From Burkholderiales bacterium (GTDB lineage: Bacteria > Pseudomonadota > Gammaproteobacteria > Burkholderiales > JAEUOS01): a stretch of 64,000 bases of DNA. Position numbers and translations under genes: made by a program. The stretch lies in NCBI GenBank assembly GCA_031362865.1, contig JANLTH010000008.1:193-64192 (forward strand), given 5' to 3'. Below are positions 19,350-27,940 of the stretch, piece by piece (position 1 is the stretch's first letter; every line of letters begins with the position of its first letter). The notes below the pieces were generated by a model. That model saw only the letters and a list, made by a program, of their open reading frames with translations. It ran no database searches and was not told where the DNA came from.

Positions 19350-21235
19350 CCATCGAGCATCAACGGCAAGCGACCTTTGATGATTCGGCCGCCCGTGAGC
19401 ATCGCGAAATACTGCAAGTTCGGTAGTCTCAGCATCAATTCAGGCCGTACCAATCTGGACTCTTTGTAGCCCAAGGACGAACCCGCATTGGTGCCGAACT
19501 CCATCGCGCTTTTTTCGGATGACTGTGACGAACCCGCCGAGTAGGAGACCGAGCGAACCTGTACGTCGCCAATACATTCCGAGAGCCACTCTGCCGTTTT
19601 CGGGTCACGAACACGCAGACAGATCATGTTGTTCTGGTTACCGAACACCTGACGTGCTTTTGCCTGGCTTTCCAGTGCCGCTTCGAAGTCAGAATCCACC
19701 TGGGTTGCGAAGAAAATCTTGAATCCTGCACCGCGCCCCTTATTGAGAAGCTGGATGAACTGATCGTTCACCACTTCGGACGCCTCATCGACGAACAGAT
19801 ACACGTCCGCCTTGGTGCCCATGTTGTAGATCGCGCCCGCGACGGCAGCAAGATCGGCCAGAGCCATCGAACCGACCGCACCGGCAATCGTTTTGTTGGA
19901 AAGGGCATCAAGCCCCATGTAGAGCACGCGCTTTCCCGTGATGACCCGCCAAAGATCGGTGATACCGCGCTGATCGTTCAAGTCAGTTTCGTTGGGTGAC
20001 AGCATTTCACCGACTTCGCCGGACGTGAGCGTCAACAGCAAGGGCGTCAATGCCAGGATCATCTTGGAAAAATGTTCTTTGTTATGCGTGTGGACGCTAA
20101 TCAAATCGGCAATCGTTTGACTTCCTGCCTGCTTTTTCTGCTTGCACCAGTCTTGGTAGAACATCGAGGCTTGAGCCGCTCGATCAGCAGGGCCTTTACC
20201 GCCTGGCGCTTGCTGATAGGCACCCAAGTCCTTGTCCCAATCGGGGCCGACGTGCTCACGTAAAAAAATATCCAAGCAACGCTCCAGCAGTGGCCCGACA
20301 CCATTACGTACCCAACCATAAATGCGACGCAAGTCCGGCTTGTCACCGACCATGAGCATGCCATTGACAATCTGACTCATCGTCATCTCGCCAAATGCTC
20401 CAAAACTGTCGTTTGCACCCAGCACGTTCGCGATCCGGGCGCCGATGTCCAAGGGATTTGCCCAGTTCGCGATTGGGTTGATGCGAACTGACTTCGAGGG
20501 ATAGGCTGGCGAGAAATACAGAAATGGCACGCCATTGCGCTCACACTCCTTCTTGACGCGCGCACGCCAGGCATCATCGTTTTTTGGATCGATGATGATG
20601 ACCGACCCCAAATCAGCAGTCGATTGCACCATTGCCTGAATGGCCTGCATGGTGAGCCATTCGTAGAGGCGGGTTTTGCCGGAACCGGTTGTCCCGGCAA
20701 TAAATGTGTGCCCCTCCATTGCGCCCATCGGGAAAACGAGGTCCTTCTCTTCCTCAAGCCCATGAATCCACGACACTCCGGTACGTCTGTCCGCGAGCAG
20801 TGGAATCGTGCTTTCTGGCTGACAGAAACGGAGCATCCGGTCATTGGCACTACCCATCCAAGCTGGAAAGATGGTCAAGTCCTTTTCAGGGACATTGAGC
20901 AGTTCAAACGCGCGCTGGGCGTGCTCGGGAGTCCAGTCGAATCCTTGTCCGATGTAGAAGCCCATCTTCTCCAACGCGGCTTTACCAATGATGTCCGCCC
21001 TTTCGCCAGTACATGTTTCGAGGAATTGGTTTGACAGGCGAACCTTGATCGAGATTTGGGTAGCTGCCTGATAGCCGCGCCATCCAGCGATACCCAAACA
21101 ACCGAGTCCGACTCCAACGGCCAACGAAGCATGCGGAATGGTCAACGCCGCCAACGCTGCCACAGCCCATCCACCTGCTGCGACATGTTCGAGAACAGGC
21201 CGGAAAAATGGGGCATATCGGTCTGGGGTTTGCAT
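19346..21235 (-). CDS. traD: Type IV coupling protein (TraD/VirD4 family, ICE-type TraD).
   Basis: Two N-terminal TM helices, Walker A GTTGSGKT, and Walker B-like YLFVDEASE. Confidence 0.85.
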   Translation of the reverse strand: MQTPDRYAPFFRPVLEHVAAGGWAVAALAALTIPHASLAVGVGLGCLGIAGWRGYQAATQISIKVRLSNQFLETCTGERADIIGKAALEKMGFYIGQGFDWTPEHAQRAFELLNVPEKDLTIFPAWMGSANDRMLRFCQPESTIPLLADRRTGVSWIHGLEEEKDLVFPMGAMEGHTFIAGTTGSGKTRLYEWLTMQAIQAMVQSTADLGSVIIIDPKNDDAWRARVKKECERNGVPFLYFSPAYPSKSVRINPIANWANPLDIGARIANVLGANDSFGAFGEMTMSQIVNGMLMVGDKPDLRRIYGWVRNGVGPLLERCLDIFLREHVGPDWDKDLGAYQQAPGGKGPADRAAQASMFYQDWCKQKKQAGSQTIADLISVHTHNKEHFSKMILALTPLLLTLTSGEVGEMLSPNETDLNDQRGITDLWRVITGKRVLYMGLDALSNKTIAGAVGSMALADLAAVAGAIYNMGTKADVYLFVDEASEVVNDQFIQLLNKGRGAGFKIFFATQVDSDFEAALESQAKARQVFGNQNNMICLRVRDPKTAEWLSECIGDVQVRSVSYSAGSSQSSEKSAMEFGTNAGSSLGYKESRLVRPELMLRLPNLQYFAMLTGGRIIKGRLPLMLDG

Positions 21236-21244
21236 CGCGAACTG

Positions 21245-22402
21245 CTAGTCCATCGGAAACAAGATCAGGCCGAATGCCTTGTTCAGGACAAGCAAGTCGC
21301 TGGATGACGGACGGGTATGTTCTCGCCGACGCAACTCTGCCACGATGGCCCCTGGCGTGGGAATCGCGTATTTTGACGCGAAAAGTGTCTTCTGGATTTC
21401 CAGCACGCCGCTGTTCCACTTGACCTTCTCCAGTACCTTGGCATCCCCTTTTGCGATGTCTTTACGCAACTCCTCACAAAACTGGCGTGTTGCAGGCGTT
21501 AAGCCAGCAAGAAGATCGTCAGAAGCCAGTGCGGACGAGCTGTCACTCACTTTGGTCGCCGTGACTGCCTGTTCACTTCTAGCGGCGGCCATGACATCCG
21601 CGACATCCACGACGGGCGAGACAACTGGCATAGCTCGTCCAGTCAGCCGGCCTTGCGCCCCCGCTACCATATCGTCTTCGGAGAGGGACGACTGCACCTG
21701 CGCGTTCATGGCACGCTTGATCGCATCGGTCTCCAGCTCGATGGCCCGACGCACCGCCGCGCGAACCACTTTTTCCAGCGGCGTTGAGACGCCCTGTTTC
21801 TGTGGGTCAGGTGCAATGGCACCGAAAAGCTGTGCTCTTACATCGGACTCCAAACCACTAAGTACTGCACCTGTCAGGATCGTTCGCGCGTGAAGAATCG
21901 TGATCGCCCTGTCCGGTGCAACCGGCGAATGCTTTGCAGTCACCTCATAGCTTTCTGAATCTAGCCACGCATTCAGCGTCTCGGTCTCGATCAGGGATCC
22001 TTGCCAGACCTCACCGGTTGATGGTTTGACTACGGAGATCCGTTCGTCACGCAACGCGAGATAGCTACACAGACCTGCCAGGTATGCAGCACGCCGGTAT
22101 TGTTGTTCGATGCCACGCCGTCGCTCAATCGAGAGCAGCGCACCAAACACCGTGCCTTCGGCCAAGCGCATCGCGTAATAGCCCGTTTCCAGCGATGCAC
22201 GAGACGCACCACCGGGCTCGCGCCACACGTCTATTGCGAGGGGGACATCGGCGAACCAGTCGGCGATGGCACGTAGTGGACTGACAAACCCCAAATCGAA
22301 TTGGGCCGCGCTGATTGACGCGGCATCATCCACGAACTTGAGACGGGAGGCCAGAGCCTCCATGCGTACTGCCAATGATCTGTAGGGCAACAACATGGGC
22401 AC
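21245..22402 (-). CDS. MobH/TraI_2-like protein, possibly a catalytically inactive or truncated relaxase homologue.
   Basis: It lies directly upstream of traD, as ICE relaxases do. The block pattern resembles the TraI_2 family, but the positions I remember as His-rich read VPLAIDVWREPGGASRASLE and LAGLCSYLA. It is only 385 aa. Confidence 0.4.
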   Translation of the reverse strand: MPMLLPYRSLAVRMEALASRLKFVDDAASISAAQFDLGFVSPLRAIADWFADVPLAIDVWREPGGASRASLETGYYAMRLAEGTVFGALLSIERRRGIEQQYRRAAYLAGLCSYLALRDERISVVKPSTGEVWQGSLIETETLNAWLDSESYEVTAKHSPVAPDRAITILHARTILTGAVLSGLESDVRAQLFGAIAPDPQKQGVSTPLEKVVRAAVRRAIELETDAIKRAMNAQVQSSLSEDDMVAGAQGRLTGRAMPVVSPVVDVADVMAAARSEQAVTATKVSDSSSALASDDLLAGLTPATRQFCEELRKDIAKGDAKVLEKVKWNSGVLEIQKTLFASKYAIPTPGAIVAELRRREHTRPSSSDLLVLNKAFGLILFPMD

Positions 22403-22657
22403 ATGATGCCCCGCACTTCGGTTGACATTGCCGCGAATGGTGATCGTGGACTGGTTGCTTTTGATCTTCGGACAGACACGCCAACGCCAGAAATTGAAGG
22501 TGATTTTTTCGTCAACTTGACAAAGAGGTCACCTGTGCAAGGCTAGTAATTCGAAAGCTAACAGTTATGGCGATGTTTTCAGTTGCATCAAAAGCCATGT
22601 CTACGGCGAAGCTTTCGATTTAGCAAATCAGACTAAAACCTCAAGGAGATCGAGCGC

Positions 22658-23842
22658 ATGGCATCCACAAAACCTACCACCGCAGTCAGCACAGCCAAAC
22701 CCACGCAAGCCGCCAACCCTGATGCTTCATCATCAGACTCATCGTCATCAGGGCAAGTCGTGGTCTACGACTACAGCGCTTGCACTCCCGAAGACCGCGC
22801 TGCACTGACATGCCACGTTCAATCGATTCGTTCGGCAGAGACGCGGGTCAACAACGACATCCTGCTGATTGGTGAGTGTTTGACGGATGCGCAGGAGCGA
22901 CTGTCGCGTGAAAGTGGCGGAAAGCAAATTGCAGGCGGCGGCTTCATCGCTTGGGTCAAAGCCGAGTTTGGATGGGGTATTGATTCAGCGTATCGCTACA
23001 TCTCCATCTTCAAAGAATTCGGCACGAGTTACGCCACGTGGCGTAACTCGCAGGGCCTAACAACCCTTCCGAATATGCCTTTCCGCGCGCTTGCAGTTCT
23101 CGCGCAACTGGCCGACGAAGAAACCAAGGCCAAGTTTGTCGCCAAAGCCGATGCTGGCGAAAAAGTCACCGTCAAGGAAGTCCAGGACGCACTGGATCAG
23201 GTGAGACGCGCCGACGAAAAAACGCAAGCAGCCATAGACCGCGCCAAAGCAGCTGAAGAAGCCGCCCTCTCCGCCGACGATGCCCGCAAAGATGCCGAGC
23301 GCGAGGCAAACGCGCTCAAAGAAGACAATCACAAGATGCTCAAACTCAAGGAGCAGTGGCAGCAAGGCGTCGAGGAGTCCAGAAAGCATCAGCGCACGAT
23401 AAACGATATGGTTCAGCGCGGCACTGAACTCGACAAAGAGGTCTATGACCTCAAAAAGAAGATTGCGCACATGAACGCAAACCCGTCATTCAAAGACAAG
23501 CCAACCCTGCCGGCTGAATACAAGTCGATGCAGGACTTGAAAAAAGACCTGACCGCTCTGGAGACGAAACGCTCCGGCGAGGAGCAGGCACTGCAAAAAT
23601 TGAAAGCCGATAGGGAGTCATTGGAGAAGAGGCTGGGCGAACTGGAGATCAACTTCAAGGTCGAGCAGAGCAAAGCTGCTCGTGCCGCCGACTTGACCAA
23701 GGCATGGGAACGGTTCTGCGGGCAGCTTCTGGAAGTTGCCGCTTCCGCTGCGAACGCCGATAAGAAACAGAAGGCGCATCTTCTCGAACTGGCATCCGCC
23801 ATGATCGAGAAGGGTACATTGCTCAAATCAGTCGCAGCATAG
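22658..23842 (+). CDS. DUF3102-like DNA-binding N-domain plus a long KfrA-like coiled coil.
   Basis: AAGGAG 7 nt upstream of the ATG. Segment ILLIGECLTDAQERL...GGFIAWVKAEFGWGIDSAYRYISIFKEF is DUF3102-like. The C-terminal roughly 200 aa are K/E/A/L-rich heptad-like sequence. Confidence 0.55.
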   Translation: MASTKPTTAVSTAKPTQAANPDASSSDSSSSGQVVVYDYSACTPEDRAALTCHVQSIRSAETRVNNDILLIGECLTDAQERLSRESGGKQIAGGGFIAWVKAEFGWGIDSAYRYISIFKEFGTSYATWRNSQGLTTLPNMPFRALAVLAQLADEETKAKFVAKADAGEKVTVKEVQDALDQVRRADEKTQAAIDRAKAAEEAALSADDARKDAEREANALKEDNHKMLKLKEQWQQGVEESRKHQRTINDMVQRGTELDKEVYDLKKKIAHMNANPSFKDKPTLPAEYKSMQDLKKDLTALETKRSGEEQALQKLKADRESLEKRLGELEINFKVEQSKAARAADLTKAWERFCGQLLEVAASAANADKKQKAHLLELASAMIEKGTLLKSVAA

Positions 23843-23850
23843 GAGTACCT

Positions 23851-25059
23851 ATGGTGCAGCCCGTCTATGCGCCCTTGGCTCCGTTGCAGGTCAGCCTGCT
23901 CATCCAAATTCGGAGCATGAATCGCGACTTCCTTGATTCGTTGCTGATGGATATTCGCTTGCCGGTGAATGTGGGGGTAGCGCTAAGCGAACTTCCGAAT
24001 TCGGCTCGGGAGTACGTCGTAGGTGCACTGAACCAGGCAGACATTCGCTCAATCCTGTCCAGTAGCGTGGCACTAGCGATGATGCCAGTCGTTTTACCAG
24101 GCCGGAGCCTCATCAATCCGCAGGGGGAACTGATGCTCGATGCCCTTGATGGCAGTTCGTCGTATGAATACCTGCTGCATTCACAAGTACGCTGGGCGAA
24201 GTTGGCTGTGCTTTTGTGCAGAGAGTATCGACTGGCATCGGCAGTGCTGGGGCTATCAGTGGAGGTCTGCGATGCCATCGCGAGCAACGCTACCCCGTTT
24301 TTGATGCACTTTACAGAAACAAAGAAGCTGCACTTGGGGTTGCGCGTGACGAGTGAGCGATTCTGGAAGCGAGCGGCCTCGGACGATACCTACGGGCTGC
24401 ACCACCACTTTGCGGCAGCGATGCTGCCGTCACTGGGGGCACATCCACCGCATTCTGGAAAGCTGCAATCTGGCTTTCCATCGACGGCGATTTCAGACAA
24501 ACGAAAAGTCGCGTTGGCGGAATGGGCCTTCGAGTACGACATGCGGGCGGCGGTCGTTGCGCCTGCACTGTCGTTGCCTGCACGTCAGGCTCGCAGCATT
24601 TACATGGAGGCACATCACGGCAAGCCGTCGCCCAGCGGTCTGCAGCCATCTTCGTTGCACTACTTCACCCATTCGATCCCGCGCATTCATGTTGGTGTGT
24701 TGCGCGCAGGAAGCGTTGAGGTGGACAGTGGCGAAACCAGCATGGAGGCGTTTTTGCATGCCTTTCAGTTCTACGCAGAGTTTTTTGGAGGGGATGACCA
24801 TGCGGCGAGACGAGCAATCAAAGCGGATCGTGCCTGGCATGCGTGGCGCTTCTTGTCGCGGGAATTTTTATCGATGCCTTGCCGCAGTTGTGGCACGCCG
24901 TATCTGACGCTCAAAGAGGAATCGGTGCGCCGCTTCACCTGCCCCGCCTGCGACGGGGATCTGGACAAGAGCCTGCACTTGCGTGAGATGGCGGCGAGGC
25001 GACTTGATGCAAAACGATCAACGCCAGCGAACTCAACACACGAGCATACTCATGCGTGA
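23851..25059 (+). CDS. FlhC-like transcriptional activator with an N-terminal extension containing FlhD-like segments.
   Basis: The C-terminal half aligns by eye to E. coli FlhC, including the Cys4 site CRSC-x16-CPAC. See findings. Confidence 0.55.
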   Translation: MVQPVYAPLAPLQVSLLIQIRSMNRDFLDSLLMDIRLPVNVGVALSELPNSAREYVVGALNQADIRSILSSSVALAMMPVVLPGRSLINPQGELMLDALDGSSSYEYLLHSQVRWAKLAVLLCREYRLASAVLGLSVEVCDAIASNATPFLMHFTETKKLHLGLRVTSERFWKRAASDDTYGLHHHFAAAMLPSLGAHPPHSGKLQSGFPSTAISDKRKVALAEWAFEYDMRAAVVAPALSLPARQARSIYMEAHHGKPSPSGLQPSSLHYFTHSIPRIHVGVLRAGSVEVDSGETSMEAFLHAFQFYAEFFGGDDHAARRAIKADRAWHAWRFLSREFLSMPCRSCGTPYLTLKEESVRRFTCPACDGDLDKSLHLREMAARRLDAKRSTPANSTHEHTHA

Positions 25060-25137
25060 ACCCAACGAAAAAATAGAAATTGACCATCCTGTATTCGGCT
25101 GGTTTGCGCAAGCCGTTCGTGCCGGAGCAAAAGCACT

Positions 25138-25365
25138 ATGAGTGACGCTTCGGCAAAAATAGGCAGAAAAACAGGGCTCCCCGCCGCCGTCCCCGCACAG
25201 GGTTTTTTTTCCCCAGCCAGCGCAATGGCCTACTTGGATGTCGGAAAAACCCAGTTCTACCGATGGCTCAATGATGGTATCGTGCCTCGACCACAAATTG
25301 ACGATGGTCGAAAGCTTCGTCGCTGGACTAAAGCGCAATTGGATGCCGTCGCAAAGAGACGCTAG
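25138..25365 (+). CDS. alpA: AlpA-family (phage/ICE excisionase-like) HTH regulator.
   Basis: 75 aa with YLDVGKTQFYRWLNDGIVPRP...RRWTKAQLD, typical of the AlpA/MerR-type winged HTH. Confidence 0.8.
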   Translation: MSDASAKIGRKTGLPAAVPAQGFFSPASAMAYLDVGKTQFYRWLNDGIVPRPQIDDGRKLRRWTKAQLDAVAKRR

Positions 25366-25693
25366 ACAATTCAATCGAAAGTTTTTCACAAACTCTCGAA
25401 GTTCTTATTTGTGATCTTTTGTTCTTTTCTTGGAATCTTTTGAATTCAATGGTTGCGAGGATGTAACACTTATTTCCCTATGAAACCTCGATTTATCATT
25501 GCGTCTCTGCCAATTGAAGTCAACATTTTCAACGCATTTGTTTTTAGCATAGCGCAGTTTTTGATGGCACTTTTGTTGGTATTTTTTCTATAACTTTTTG
25601 TTTTGTATAGCAATTCGAACTCCTAAGCTTCCGCCAATATGGCGAATGGTTTCCCTGGAGACTTGGCGCTTGATATCAGCACCAGTTTTTCCC

Positions 25694-26146
25694 TTAAATT
25701 TGCCCCAAGAACCTTGCCACGCGCGGCTCTTCAGCCATCATCCTGAGCTCTTCCGAAGTCGGTAATTGCGGACGGTCCCGCACCGCGTTTACCATGCACA
25801 AAAACCCCAGCGGCGCATCGGCTGCGGCGCGGAACTGATGCCAGGTCAAAGTTGGCACCGTCACCAGATCATGCTCGGCAATCGCCGACACCTGATTGCC
25901 CAACAGTATTTCACCGCGGCCCCGCAAAATCAGCACGGCGTGCATATGTTCGTGCCGCTCCAGAGTCGAATACCCGCCTGCGGCCACTTCAAAATAGCGC
26001 CACTGGCAACCCAATGCCGCATCGTCAAACAGCACCTGGCGTGAGATGTTTTTGAACGGCGCGATCCCTTCGGCCTTGTAGGAAACCAGCTCGACCTGTT
26101 CCCAGCGACCAACTCCAGTCGCTTTGCGAATGTGCCGGTTGCTCAT
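25694..26146 (-). CDS. Cupin-domain protein.
   Basis: 150 aa with a cupin-like motif (STLERHEHMHAVLILRGRGE...VTVPTLTWHQF). Confidence 0.7.
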   Translation of the reverse strand: MSNRHIRKATGVGRWEQVELVSYKAEGIAPFKNISRQVLFDDAALGCQWRYFEVAAGGYSTLERHEHMHAVLILRGRGEILLGNQVSAIAEHDLVTVPTLTWHQFRAAADAPLGFLCMVNAVRDRPQLPTSEELRMMAEEPRVARFLGQI

Positions 26147-27168
26147 GTCGATTTCTGTGGGTTACGGCGACGCTCTTCGGCCCAAGCCGCCAATTCAGGG
26201 CGCTGCTTCTCAAAGGTCTTTTTGAGGTCTTCCGAGAAGCCGTAGGCGGCCCAGGGCGCGGTACGCGAGAGGCCGTCGAGCAAACTGTCGATGGCCGGTT
26301 CTTTGCCGGTCACGGCGATGGAATCTTTCACAAAATTGATCGACGCGCCAAAGGTTTTACCGGTCGGGATAATGCCGTAAATTTTGTTTTGTGTCACTTG
26401 CTTGTAGGCCCAGATCAGCTTGTCGAGCTCATGCACGTCAAACTGCAGCATCGCCCGTCGCACCACAAAGCGCGGTGTGAAAGTGTGATCGCCAAACTTC
26501 AATTTGGCAGCACTATTGATCTCAGTCTGAAGATTAGTGGCAAGCACATCCAGATTGCCGGAGGCACCCAGTTTTTTAAGCACCGGATGCTTGTGCGGGT
26601 CGAGCACCCGTGTGAGCGCCAGGCCGCCATACCAAAGTGCGCCAAGAATCACCAGCGCGGCAACCCCCAGGGCGATCATGCCACCACCAGAGAAATCACC
26701 GGTATCGAGCATCATCGGATAAAAGCGCGGCTGCGCGGCTTTCGCTCGCGCGCTAGAAAAGACCCCTTTGTTCACGTCACTAGGAATGTCACGCAGCTCA
26801 CCCTGCAGTTGGTTGCCGGGCGCATCTTTGGACTTCACGATCAACAAGCGGTCCCCCATTTTGGCGACATAGTAGTGCGCTGAAACGCTGCGACTGCGCT
26901 CGACACCGCGCTTTTTGCGCACCGTGACCTGCTCCATCCCGAGGTCGATTACTTCGTCGGCGGTGAGCGTGACGTAGTAGCGCGGCAAAGCCTCAGCGTT
27001 CGGGGCTTTGGCCAATTCGGCAGCCGGGATCGCATAGGGCCCGGCGAACAGGTTGGAGAAGTAGCGCCACTGTGTGCCCAGCGCCATTAGGGTGATGGCA
27101 ATGACAATGCTTGCCACCACCACGCGGCGAGTTGATTGGGCCTTTGCTTCCTGTTCGAGCCAGTTCAT
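26143..27168 (-). CDS. Hypothetical two-TM membrane protein.
   Basis: 341 aa with TM segments near residues 15-35 and 165-185. ATGA overlap with the cupin gene. Confidence 0.55.
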   Translation of the reverse strand: MNWLEQEAKAQSTRRVVVASIVIAITLMALGTQWRYFSNLFAGPYAIPAAELAKAPNAEALPRYYVTLTADEVIDLGMEQVTVRKKRGVERSRSVSAHYYVAKMGDRLLIVKSKDAPGNQLQGELRDIPSDVNKGVFSSARAKAAQPRFYPMMLDTGDFSGGGMIALGVAALVILGALWYGGLALTRVLDPHKHPVLKKLGASGNLDVLATNLQTEINSAAKLKFGDHTFTPRFVVRRAMLQFDVHELDKLIWAYKQVTQNKIYGIIPTGKTFGASINFVKDSIAVTGKEPAIDSLLDGLSRTAPWAAYGFSEDLKKTFEKQRPELAAWAEERRRNPQKST

Positions 27169-27202
27169 GTTTTCCTCCCCAGGAAACGATCAAGGCTCCA
27201 AT

Positions 27203-27913
27203 TTAGCCTTTGTTGGCAGCTCCCGCACGCCACTTCTTAAAGCCTTTGTGACGCAGTTCACAGGCCGGGCATGCGCCGCAACCGTAGCCCCATGCCTGCC
27301 GCTCGCCGCGCTCGCCCAGGTAGCAGGTGTGCGTGTGCTCGATGATGAGTTCGACCAGCGCTGTGCCGCCCAGATCGTGACTGAGCTGCCAGGTCGCCGC
27401 CTTGTCGATCCACATGAGCGGCGTTTCAAACGTGAAACGCTGCCCCATGCCGAGCGACACGGCTTCTTGCATCGCGTTGATGGTGTTGTTGCGGCAGTCC
27501 GGGTAGCCGGAAAAATCGGTCTCGCACATGCCGCCGACGATCACGTCGATACCTCGGCGGTACGCCACGGCGGCGGCAAATTGGAGAAAAAGCAAATTGC
27601 GTCCGGGCACAAAGGTATTCGGCAGGCCATTGGTGTTGTACTTGATCGCAGCCTCGCTGGTGAGGGCGGTGTCGCTGATTTCGCCCAATACCTTCAAGTC
27701 GATCACGTGATCGTCACTCAACTTGCCCGCCCAAGCCGGGAACTGCAAGCGCAGCTCGCTCAAAACGACCAGCCGCGCGTCAAGCTCAATGACGTGGCGC
27801 TGCCCGTAGTTAAAGCCGATGGTCTCGACCGCCAGATAGCGCTCCAAGGCCCACGCCAGACAAGCCGTGGAATCCTGCCCACCAGAAAAGAGAACGAGTG
27901 CGTTGCGTGCCAT
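27203..27913 (-). CDS. queC: 7-cyano-7-deazaguanine synthase QueC.
   Basis: PP-loop [11 protein letters not shown] and a C-terminal Cys cluster CYLGER...CGACPAC. Confidence 0.92.
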   Translation of the reverse strand: MARNALVLFSGGQDSTACLAWALERYLAVETIGFNYGQRHVIELDARLVVLSELRLQFPAWAGKLSDDHVIDLKVLGEISDTALTSEAAIKYNTNGLPNTFVPGRNLLFLQFAAAVAYRRGIDVIVGGMCETDFSGYPDCRNNTINAMQEAVSLGMGQRFTFETPLMWIDKAATWQLSHDLGGTALVELIIEHTHTCYLGERGERQAWGYGCGACPACELRHKGFKKWRAGAANKG

Positions 27914-27940
27914 CTGGAGAAAATTAAAGGGTGATTCTCG

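Larger units (their letters stand above)
1..25693. mobile_element. Right-hand part of an integrative/conjugative element (type IVb pilus + Trb T4SS + coupling protein + relaxase-like + regulators). The left end is outside the window and the right boundary lies somewhere in 25366-25693.
   Basis: Dense, mostly co-directional conjugation genes with overlapping stop/start codons. The block ends in AlpA plus a roughly 330-bp AT-rich non-coding stretch, followed by housekeeping genes (cupin, queC, metY) that look more GC-rich by eye. Confidence 0.75.

Noticed and set aside
22231-22515. ORF upstream of and overlapping the relaxase-like gene, considered as a frameshifted N-terminus of a longer relaxase.
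   Set aside because: The 385-aa ORF already starts with an N-terminal pattern that looks complete for this family. The upstream ORF translation is low-complexity and Cys/Pro/Ser-rich.
22517-22550. Sigma-70 promoter call for the DUF3102 gene based on a perfect TTGACA.
   Set aside because: No acceptable -10 hexamer lies 16-19 nt downstream. The best TA-rich hexamer (TAGTAA) is about 21 nt away, so no promoter feature was reported.
25601-25680. tRNA-like TTCGAACTCC / GGAGTTCGAA segment near the element junction that might mark a tRNA or att remnant.
   Set aside because: I could not build matching T-stem, acceptor or anticodon stems on either strand, so it is probably a chance T-loop-like string. 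It needs tRNAscan-SE or ARAGORN to be sure.
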